A stretch of DNA of 64,000 nt from Rhynchopus sp. YZ270_cl-10. Its lineage: Eukaryota. The stretch lies in contig OZ037838.1 of the NCBI GenBank assembly GCA_964035575.1, positions 620,001 to 684,000 of the forward strand, written 5' to 3'. A model generated the notes under the pieces. It was not told the DNA's origin and did no database searches. It saw only the letters and a list, made by a program, of their open reading frames with translations. This document shows positions 53,560 to 64,000 of this stretch, piece by piece (the stretch's first letter is position 1; each line of letters starts with the position of its first letter). Made by a program: the position numbers and the translations under genes.

Positions 53560-56500
53560 GTGGAACTCCATCCTGTAGAAATAATCTACAACACGCCCAG
53601 CATTCTGCTCTTCTGTAGGTATGCTAACGCTCTTCGTACGCTGCCAGACCCACTGGGACGCCAGCATCTGAACGTTCAAGAAGGGGGGCTGTCCTCTTCG
53701 TCCAGCACCATCCGCTCGAGAGCGTTGTTGGACGTCGGCTGGGCAGGCTCGGCGTGGTCCAGCTCGTTTTTGTCCACAGGCTCCCCAGGAGCAGTGCGGA
53801 AGGAACACAGAATGCACAGACTACAACACATCGATCACACCAGGCGCATCAGCACCTCCAGCAAATCGCCAGGATGCTACGGTGGTTTCGAAAATCGCGC
53901 GGAGTTTTCCACAGCACACCCCGCTTTTTTCTTAGCAATTACTTGTCCTTGTTGTTATTGTTGTTTTCAACCACCTTCCTTCAACCCTTGTAGGATCAGT
54001 TGTTATTTTTTTTCGCGAAAACATGAAATTACACATTTCAAGAGAACAAATTAAAAAGGGTCCTTATTTGCATTTTTGGGCTCCGCCCGTGCAGTGGTGG
54101 GGTCAATCTCGAAAATTGGACAATTTTTTGACCACTTAAATTTTGAGAAATATGAGCCCGGTTGCTTATACGTGGGGCCCATTTTCGGCTAAAATTTTCC
54201 TCAAAATCTGGTTTTGTAAAATTGACCCTTTACTCCCCCCCCACATCGATTTCAATACTATACCTTACTTCACCTACGGTTGCCCTTACAGGGGGGTGAA
54301 GGAAGGTAAGTTGAAAAGGGTATTATTTAGCAGTTTGTTAGCAGTTCTTTAGCAGTGAAATTTGCTGGTTTCAGCCACACCAACATAGGAATCACCTTGC
54401 ATTATTTTTAAATTTGTTCTGCAGAATTTTTGAAAATATGTACACAAAAAGATTGGGGGAGAGGGTACACAATAAAAAAACACAAAAAGATAATAAAAAC
54501 GTATTGGTTGGTTCTTCTCTGTATTGCTTCGGCTTTTTTTTTTTTTTTGAAAAATTGAAAAATTGATGACGTGCAGACACCTCGCTTTTTTCTCGTGTGA
54601 ACTCCACGCTCCTTTTTGTTTTTTTGCCGAAAAAAGGGGGAGGGTGATAGAGAGGGGGACAACCTTTGCTGCGTCTGCAAATCGCCTACACTTTCTTTAG
54701 TACATACACTTCTGCCAACATATTGAGAACAGATATTGTACCTATCTAGGTGTTAGGTACAGGATCTAAGGAGAAAGATAACTGAGGGTCTGTCCTCCAA
54801 TGTTGGCCGAAGCCTTCTGTGCTAGGATGTGAAGGGATAAAAAAGAGACACTTTTCTTTTTCTTCGCAGGACCCTCAAATAAAAGGATATGCGCGTTTTA
54901 AACAAAACTTCGTACCATGAACGTGCTTGTTCACAGACGTCTTTAACAAAGTGAAGTTGATAGTGCAAACGCCTCTGGGACGCAGGCACTGATTTAAAAA
55001 AAAAAAAAAAAACGTAGTTTGTCCTGAACTCTTTGAGAACAGCTTTTCTTTTTTTTCTTTTTTTTGATAAAATTGTTGGAGGTATAGTGTAGTTGCCTCG
55101 GTTGTGTTGCCACAGTTTTGTGTAATCTCCACTGTCAGCCCCCGGGTTTTTTTTTGAAAACTTGGTTGCATTAGTGTAGCCACACCCCTAGAGTGTGTGC
55201 TCCACTATATTAAACAATTTTACTTTTTTTTTTCTACAACCCTGCCACATCACTCTCTTGGAGACGGGGGAAAAAAGGGGGTTTTGAATAGGTTTTTTCA
55301 AATTTTAAATTAATTATTTTTTTGGTATGTTTGCTTTGTGCTGTTATGTTGTTCTTTTGTTTTTTTTGTTGTTGACAAAAAGAAAAAGGATGGGGGGGGA
55401 AATGGAGAAAAACTCAGGAGGGAAACGATAAAGTGAGTGCGTTGGAAGCGTGGAGACGGGAAAAGAGGGGGAAAAGAGAAGGGAAAAAAAAGGGCCAGGT
55501 GGTAAAATGTATGTGAGCCATGTGAATAGTCGAATACACGACCGGTATCCCAAAGGGGAACCCAACCATGCAGTCCACTACATCCATTTTTCGTGGTTTA
55601 CATCTGATATTTAAAAAATATAAAGAAAAGGTTTTTTTTTTATAAGATGAACATAATGCCTCTCGGTGCGCATCTTACCAACAAAACACATTTTTGTTTT
55701 GTGCGTAAAGTGTGTATTAAATATTCTGTGGTGATATTTTTTATTACTGCAATACGCTCCCACTGACTACCTGGGCAATGAAGAGGAAACCTCTTTGAGT
55801 GCAAAAAAATAAGAGATAGCGAGAGTGTGCTCAAACCGAAGGGCTCTGATATACAGAGAAGAACGCACACCTGCCTACAGAATAATTCTTCGGGGGGGAA
55901 ATGGTTTAAAAAAAAAGGGGGGGGAATGTGTTCAGTTATACCTTGGGATGTATAACCAAAAAGGAAGAAAAGGCAGAGTGGGAGGACAGTACGGCATGTT
56001 TGATTTTAGACCACTATCACTAGATAGCAGCCCACGGTTTTTTTCCTTCACAAGATCTTTAAAAGAGTGAGACAGGAACAGACTACTCAAATAACACAGT
56101 ATGTGCAGCCAGGAAACAAAAAATTATGGTGGTCAAGCAAAGAGGGAGAAAAAAAAAAATAGAAACCTAATTTTTCAGCAGGCAAGAGAACATGGTGATT
56201 CTTTCCATGCTTTTGAGAGAAAAAAATGGTACTTTTGCTTTTGTTGCCCGCAAATGGGTCAAAAGCTTCTAAGAAAAAAACAAAAAATAGAACGGAAAGC
56301 TTATAAGATGAGTATAAGCCGTGCTTAGTCACCTTTTAAGAAAAAGAGAGAGAGAGAGAGGCCAACCATCATGCAGGCAACCCCGAGGAAGGAACCCTCC
56401 TGCTACAATACAGATGAAACTTCAATCTTAAGTCCACACCCGCGTGGTCGCTTTGGCATGCATCTGTAAGGACAGCCTTTACTGATACTTTGTGTATTAG

Positions 56501-56692
56501 CACACAATCACCACGGCACGCTACCTGAGTACAAAGTCAACCATAATTTTATGTAAAAAAAACGCCTGAAAAAAGCGGGGGGGGGGAAAAAATCACACGC
56601 AGAACTATACTGCGGGGAAAGGGATAGGGGGAAAGAGCTAAAAGTGATGAGAAATTGAAGAAAAAAAATTTCAAAAAAAAAAAAAAAAAAAA

Positions 56693-56983
56693 TTTATTTT
56701 TCCTTCCTTCAAAACTACACACACAACGCTTTTTTGGTTTTTGGGAGACACACAAGGTGCCAGGTTCTATGATAAGCACGGAACCACCCTGCACCTGTTT
56801 GTCATATTGTTTCCCGTGCAATACATGGAGAAACGTTTCGCACTCGAAACAAGGGCGTGTGGAAGAAAAAAGGAGAGGAAAATATTTTTTCTGATTCAAA
56901 GTGGTGTTTACGTTTTGGGTACGGGGCGGAGAATAAAATCTGTTCGATAAAAGAAACGCGAGCTTATTGTTTTATCTTGTTCA
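56693..56983 (-). mobile_element. Solo terminal-repeat remnant (B+A) of the YR retroelement at 1408-5155
   Basis: 56693-56855 matches repeat B (1579-1741) and 56855-56983 matches the distal part of repeat A. The order is permuted relative to 1408-1741, and the copy sits in a poly-A tract. Confidence 0.8.
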
Positions 56984-57869
56984 AAAAAAAAAAGAAAGAA
57001 AGAAGGAGAAAGGGAATGTTGTTGAAAACTTTGGTTTGTATTAGTGTAGATATCCCCTTCTCTTGAGGAGGGGGGCTCCACTATACTACACACGTCTTAT
57101 GCAATGCCAAGGGTTACTTAATGTATTCGTCTGGGCAGAGCATGTCATTCCACAGTCCGGGTGGCGGCGTGAGAAAAAAAGAAAACAAAACAAAAAAAAA
57201 AAAAAAAAAAAAAAATCTTTGCTAGATAAGATGAATGTACCTCTCACCTAAAAAAAGGGAGCTGAGGGAGGGGTTTTTTGGAGATTAAAAAAAAAATCTC
57301 TTTTTTTTTTCCAAGAAAATAGACAGAGAAGCAGGTCATGCCTGTGTAAGGCATATAATTGACGCTAAAATAAAGGGGGGTTGTTTTTATGATTTTTTTT
57401 GTTATTTTTTACTTTGTGCAAAGAAAAAATAAGGGGGGGAAAGAAAAAGAAAGTGAAGTTGATAGCGCAAACGCCTCTGGGACGCAGGCACTGGAGAGAA
57501 GAAGAAAAAAAAAAGCTTTGAAGATGAATCTACGATGAACCTTCGTGTTCAGTCACCTTCAGTCAGCCGATCAGATGATCCGAGCCTTACGTACAGAATC
57601 ATCTGAACAGGGCGCCATTTTTTTTTTTTTAAGGCAGCAATTTTTTTTATTTGAAATACAAAAGCCCTCTCGTGACAGTGTACCTTGGTACATGACAGAT
57701 TAAAATAAAAAAAAGAATAAAACAAAACAAAACAATCTCAGAGCAAGCTTTTTGGTAAGACAAAAAACTCAAGCCGCTCAGTTGCTAAAAATTACTCTGT
57801 CATCAACAAAAACAGATGCCTAGCGTTACATGTGTCAGTATAGCGGTGGCTAGATAGGAAGACCCTGGC

Positions 57870-57904
<35 letters not shown>

Positions 57905-58251
57905 AGAACGTCACCAGGCAGCCTTCCCTCAGAGGTTCAAACATTAGATCTAGTACAGTAAGTGATATAGGAATGGAAAAAATTGTGGTGGCTCCATGAT
58001 AGTTGCCCATACTGCATAATACAATATCGCTGTATTGTGATGTGCATTATGCATTATGATGGGCAGTTATCACAATACAGCCACGACTCGGGGAGGCAAT
58101 TGGATACACTTTTTACTATGTCGTCAATCGCTTTTTATGTATTAGTGTAGACACCTGATGATGAAATCCACTATACAATCGCTTTGTGCTTTGTGCTTTT
58201 TGCTTTTTGCTTTGTGCTTTTTTTTGAAAAAAAAATTTGACCATTCCCTTA

Positions 58252-58459
58252 CAGTGCGGACGAGTCGTCTACTCGCCTGAACTCGTTTTTTTGGGTCTCA
58301 GCCCGAAAACTCGTCTTTTCACTCGTCTCACTCGTCTGTACTCGTCTCTTCGGCAAGTGCCTACAAAACGTACTCGTCTCAACTCGTCACGACGAGTAGA
58401 GACGAGTATTGGAGACGAGTATCGCCACTCGTCTCACTCGGCACGACTCGTCCGCACTG
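58252..58459. mobile_element. Tc1/mariner-type MITE
   Basis: Perfect 17-bp TIRs cagtgcggacgagtcgt / acgactcgtccgcactg flanked by TA on both sides, with internal actcgtc repeats. Confidence 0.85.
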
Positions 58460-58473
58460 TATGCTTGGGAACA

Positions 58474-59178
58474 GAGCATGTACGGTCCTGGAAGCTCCAA
58501 GAAAATGGAGTCGGTAGGGCTAAAGAGGAAGTTGCCTTTCCTAAACGTGCACACAACACAACAACTGACAAAAGGGGAGGTGTCGTCACTCACCTATATC
58601 ATTGAAATACCATTGCTTACCAATGGTACACTCCAATACTGTTGCCCCCCTTTTTTCCAAGGGGAAGCAAATACAACTTTGCGGGGGGGTTTCTATTTCC
58701 TATTTTGGACAAAAATTGATGCGCAAAAAGAAAGAAAAATTTGTAAGATGATCCTAAGCCTGTTTAGTCACCTTGATTACATCCATACAAAAAGGGGGAG
58801 TGAGTATAAAGACAGAAAAATAAGAAGAAAAAAAGCAGGGAAGCCAGCTGAGACAGAGAAGGAAAATAAAAAAAAATAAAAACAATAAAAAAATGCAAGA
58901 TGAAGCCAGAGGCTTTGCTTCGTCACCTACAAAGGAAAAGGGACATATGCGAGACATATAACTTTTATTTGAAAACTTTTTTTTACCATTCCTTTTTACG
59001 GAACGGAGCATGCACGGTCCTGGAAAGCTCCAAGAAAATGGAGTCGGCAGGGCTTAACAGGAAGTTGCCTTTCCTAAACGTGCACACAACAACTGGCAAA
59101 AAGGGGGAGGTGTCGTCACTCACCTATATCATTGAAATGCCATTGCTTACCAATGGTACACTCCAATACTGTTGCCCC
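58474..59178 (-). repeat. ~175-bp direct duplication (58474-58648 and 59006-59178) that looks like an exon-intron-exon fragment
   Basis: Minus strand reads ...gatatag|gtgagtgac...gtgcacgtttag|gaaaggc..., which splices to W(Y/H)FNDIGKGNFL(F/L)SP(T/A)DSIFLELPGP. Confidence 0.55.
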
Positions 59179-62100
59179 GGTTTAGTTTTGTTATCTAAAA
59201 TAGCGGTAAAATATTACTATAAAACACTGGAAAAAAAATTGAAAGGAAAAACAAAACGGAAATGGTTCACAGAGTTTTACTGTGGAGCCCAGTGAACCCA
59301 GAACTGAGTGCTAGGGTTATATCAAAAAGCTCAATTTGAGGTAACGTTTTCCGCCTCTTCAGTAGAGAGACAACACAGAAGAAAGTCGTGTCCGCTAATA
59401 TGGTTGGGTTGTCTGTATGAATGCTGGGTATCTGTCCTAATTGTGTGGGCATTTTTTTTGTCATTCATATTAAATAAAAATAAATCTAAAAAAAAATCCC
59501 AACACTTAAAACGCACACGGTGACCTGTTAAGGTTCAGGTCACTACACTTTCATTTTGCGTCTACGTGTTTCCTCTAATATTTTTGCTTTATTTTTTTTG
59601 AACTCTTGTAGTATGTTAGTGCATGGTGCATACACCAGAGGATGTGCTCCACTATGTTCTCCACTGAGCTCCATTGAAAATACAATTTAAAAAAAAAAAA
59701 AAATCTGTGTGGCATCGCTTAGAAAAGCATAAAGTTCAGTCAAAGTAACCGAAACTCCTTTTTTTTTTTCTAAAAAAATGCTTGTATGGTGCTCCGGGAG
59801 GGGTCGATATTGTTGACAGGTCGCCGACAGGTCGTGACAGGTCGTTGACCGACTTCCGAAAGCACCATTGTAGTGTTATTATTTTTGAACCAAAAATATG
59901 CGAATGAGGAACACTGTAATTAAATTGAAACGGGAATGATACTCACATCATCTTTCTATTCACAAAAAGGGGGAAAAGGGGAAAAGGAAAAAAGAAGGAA
60001 GAGGGAAGAGGAAAGCCGATTTTAAAAGACTGAGACATGTACAGAACACAATGGATGAAGCGATACTGTCGAACTGCGTCACTGTGTATCCAAGAAAAGT
60101 GCTGTTCTGAACAACGGGTAGAGGAAAAAAAACAAAGGAGAAAAACTTGAAATATGAATCTGCCTGTTGCATGGACATCATCAATAAACAGGAGGAAGAA
60201 AGAAAAAATAATGCGAAGTGTGATCTTTGAATGAACAAGTATTTGTTTTCGTTTTTTTTTCATTTTTCTTTTTGCCTTTTTGCCTTATCTTTGCTAGAAA
60301 TTGGCCGTAGTGTGTGTGTCAAACAGATTCAACACATAGTACTTTTTTCGGCTATTCAACAAAAGCAAAAGGGTAGGGGGGGAAATACTCTAGAAAGTTT
60401 TACAAAGATCTTTGTTGAGGAATGATGTCATTTGATTGCCAGATTTTTGAAAAGGAGGGGGGAAAGAAAGTTGGTGAAATATGCACAATCGTGAACATAT
60501 TTAAAACAAAAATTTGTAAGATGAATGTGTCTCTTGTGCACAACACACACACCACACACATCTTTAAAAATAAAAAGAAACAGGGTTTGGTAAGACGAAC
60601 CGAAGCTTCACATCAAGGATATCTCTAAATCCGACCCTTTTTGGCCAAATTCCGAAATCCAAATCCAAAAAATTCCCTGTTTTTTTGATACAGTTTTTGG
60701 GCTGTTTTTTGACTTTTTTGCGGGAAAATTTTTTTTTTCCCCCCACAAAACTTTTTCGACATGTTGACAGGGCTCTTGCCAATCACCCCTTTTGGCCAAA
60801 ACGGGGTGATTTGGGGTCCCGAGCTTTCCCCCCGTAAAAGCGGTCGCTGCGAGCGCGTCGCGCGCGCGACTCCCTGCCAGTGCTGGGAGGTGAGGCTTCT
60901 TCCCTCTGATGCACAAAATCGTAGAAGGCTGGTGGGGAGAGTGAATCACGATCCATCGTGGGTGTCAGCCTTATCAGTAACCTCAGTACATTTATGTAAG
61001 AAAAGGTAGTCAAGGCACCCAAAGGTTCCTGGCGAAGCCACGGTACGCAACATTTCTAAAAAATGTTGACATAAAATGGCACTGTCGTTGGTAATTAGCA
61101 TCAGGAAAATGCCCGCGCGGGAAATCGGCGCCTCAATACATTATTGCCATCAATTTTGATTCCATATTTTGCTAAAGCGAAAGCTTCTGGCGAAGCCACG
61201 GTACGCAACATTTGAGATCTCCTCCGTCTTCCAACCCTCATAATTGAATGCGATTGACACGTCTTCTCCTTCTTCTTGTGCACAACCTCAAATGTCTCCG
61301 ATGCTGGACGTTTGACTGCAACTGACACGAACATCTGCACCCACAACAACTACAGCAACTGTCTGCAGGACCAATTTTTTTCTCGAAAATCCGAGATTTT
61401 TATTTTCCCCCCCCTCACTTTTTTCACTTATTTGATCGCGTTGATCGATCGCATCCCACAGGCGAAACTCTCTGGGGGTGGGGTGGGGTAGAATGTACCT
61501 GAAATTGCTGTAGGGAAAAACAGGGAATTTTTTTCAGGGATTTTTTTTATTTTCCTGAAATCCATATCCAAATCCACAATTAGAAAAATCCCTGCTTCAC
61601 ATGCTTTAAAAAAAAAAGTGAAGTTGATAGTGCAAACGACTCTAGGACGTAGGTACTGAAACAATAAAGAATTGTAGAAGTTTCGACACGTCTTATTTTT
61701 AAAAAAAATAAAAGCAAAACAAAAACAACAACAACAAAAAAGGGGGTTGACTTGAAATACAAATCTCTCTTGTGACAGAGCACCTAAAAAAACCAAAACA
61801 AAAACGATACATTCAAACTTTCAATTCACAGGGAAAAAAAGAAAGTATTGAAGTTACCAAGAGCTCTCTGGGCTAAACGCCAGACCGAGCTCCTAACAGT
61901 TGCAGACACTTTTATTTTTTTTCCTGACACAAACTAACCCACTCTGAGTTGTATCTACACAAATTCTCTTTTATTGAGTCGACAATCATCTGCGTTGGTC
62001 AGGTCGCCCGAAGGACGTTGTACTGCACACTGCACATCTCATACCACATAACAGCTTTGGGCAAGGGATTTTTTCTTTTTTCTTTTTTCTTTTTTTCTTT

Positions 62101-64000
62101 TTTGGGGAAGAAAAATGAGAATTGGGGTATGGAGGTATAGTGAGAATGGAGAACGGGAAAAAAAGGGGAGGGAAATGCACAGACAAAAGGGAGGGGGTGG
62201 CAGGGGGGAGAGGGAAGGGGTAGAGGTTAGTACAAACAGGTGAACAGGTGGTGAAAGACAAAAAAAAGCACCGATACAACTGTGTGAAGCAGGGGTTCTT
62301 TTTAGAATAAGTAAAAGAAACGAAGGCTTATCCGGGACTGCCAGAAAACCATCAATTTCACGGCTAAAGGGGCAAAAAAAAAAGAGTTTGTATATTTTCT
62401 GTTTTCCCCCCTTTGCTTTTGCTATGTCGACCATCGCCTAAAGCACCCATCTTGGGAAACTCGGGGGCTGTACTCAAATATTCGCCGAAGCTTTTTGTAC
62501 TACAAGGGATGGACGCGATTTCGTCCTCAACCCACAGGTTGTTTTTATGGGGAAAAAAAAGAGCTTAGTAGTCCACACATTAGTGTCTTTATTGTATTTT
62601 TCATTCAAAAAAAGAATTTGGAAGAAGAAAAAAAAATGGTTGGATTTGTGGAAATCCAAGAACAGTACTTGCTACCAGAGTAGAAGCCAGCGGACAATAA
62701 TCATAAAGAGCTGCAGCTGGTTTGTGTATGAAGCGTATCTTACGCAAAGAAAGGGGCATGAGGCACCGCTAAGCTTGAGACCAGTAAATGAACAGAAAGG
62801 CAAAAATCACAAAAAGAAATACTAACTCTGAATAGGTAAGTAAAAGAGGAGGAAAAAAAGGTTTGGTTTCGTTGCTCAATTACCCTGTTGGAGGGGTGAT
62901 TGGCGACCCGTATCTGAGGAACTATTTCTCCTTTTAAGCTACGCTTTTGTAGGTATTAAAAAAAGAACGTTGAACGATGAATACTGCCTTGCGTGCATAC
63001 CAGGGTGTTTCCTAATTTTGGAAATTTTCCGGAAAATTCCGACATCCGGAAGCAAATTTTTTCCCTGGAAAAAAAGTGGGTTTTCAGCCCCAAAACATGC
63101 CGCAATTGGTATTTCCGGAATCCGTCCGCGCTGTGGTGGGGTCACTTTGCCGAAATGGCCAAGTTCTTGGTTTTGGTCAAAATGAGTGTAAGGAAAAGGG
63201 GACCAGGTAAATCCCACAACCCAGATTTTCTCTCCCTGATCCTGAAAACATGAAAATGCCCGAAAACACCGGCATTTGCATTTTCGGAATCCGTCCGTTC
63301 TGTGGTGGGGTCAATTTGACGAAATGGACAAGTCCTTGGTTTTGGTCAAAACCCGTCAGTGTAAGGTAAAGGGGGCCAAGTGTTTTCCTGTAGAAACTGG
63401 TAGGAACAGGCAGCGCCGCAGGCGCACGGTACCCAACATCGGTGAAAATAAAAATTCCCGAAAACTGCTTTATTTGAATGATTGGAGCGATCCAGAACAG
63501 CGAACATACTTTTTTCGGGAAAATACCAAAAAATAAGCACTTTAAATACGTCCCTAATTTTTTCCCGCAATTTTTTTCCCTGGCCATTTTTTTCCAAATC
63601 CCCGGAAGCGGAAGCAAATTAGGAAACACCCTGGTGCATACACATCAAAAAAAAACAAAAAAAAAAGGGGGCAGCAAGAGGCAGTACCAGTGGCGCGGCT
63701 ACCAATAACTACTATGTAGTCAGCGTCACGCCTACCATGGTAGGTTACAGTGGAAAAAAGGGGGGGCTGTTTCAAACAGAGACATTGTCACTGAAAAACA
63801 CACCACAGCATTCGTGGTGAACATGATAGAATATTGACCTATCTGGTAAATTGTCAGTTCCCGATTTTTCTGGGATTCACACCATACGTTTAAAGAGCGG
63901 GAGGGATAAGGGTTGCTTAAAGGGAGGGGGGAGAATTGAAAATTATAGTCGCATAATCGCACGAAAAAAAGATAAGTCGTTAATTTGATAACATGCGAAC

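Noticed and set aside
53670..53900. Possible terminal exon on minus (APGEPVDKNELDHAEPAQPTSNNALERMVLDEEDSPPS*)
   Set aside because: Coding-like composition, but there is an upstream in-frame stop, no clear acceptor and no recognisable homology.

Overview
Eukaryotic genomic DNA, probably from a protist. The tightly packed, intron-less, same-strand genes and A/C-rich splice-acceptor-like tracts suggest a euglenozoan/diplonemid-like organism, but this is inference only. The main feature is a ~35 kb head-to-tail array (7.8-43.1 kb, minus strand) of 19 paralogous units, U1-U19, plus one orphan 3' fragment. Each unit encodes a nearly invariant N-terminal ubiquitin-like domain without a C-terminal di-Gly, fused to a 7-bladed WD40-like beta-propeller. 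The strand framework is conserved while the B-C and D-A loops (one face of the propeller) vary strongly in sequence and length, and loop variants are shared mosaic-wise among copies. This looks like an antibody-like library of intracellular binders coupled to a UBL effector. The array includes one read-through double unit, one frameshifted copy and an embedded ankyrin-repeat gene that varies at its binding-face positions. Flanking features are a decayed tyrosine-recombinase retroelement with split direct repeats (plus a solo remnant at 56.7 kb), a P-loop-less kinesin-like/UBL protein, a Kv-type K+ channel exon, several hAT and Tc1-type MITEs, a perfect ~1 kb 7-bp satellite and AT-rich repeat-laden DNA from 51 to 64 kb.
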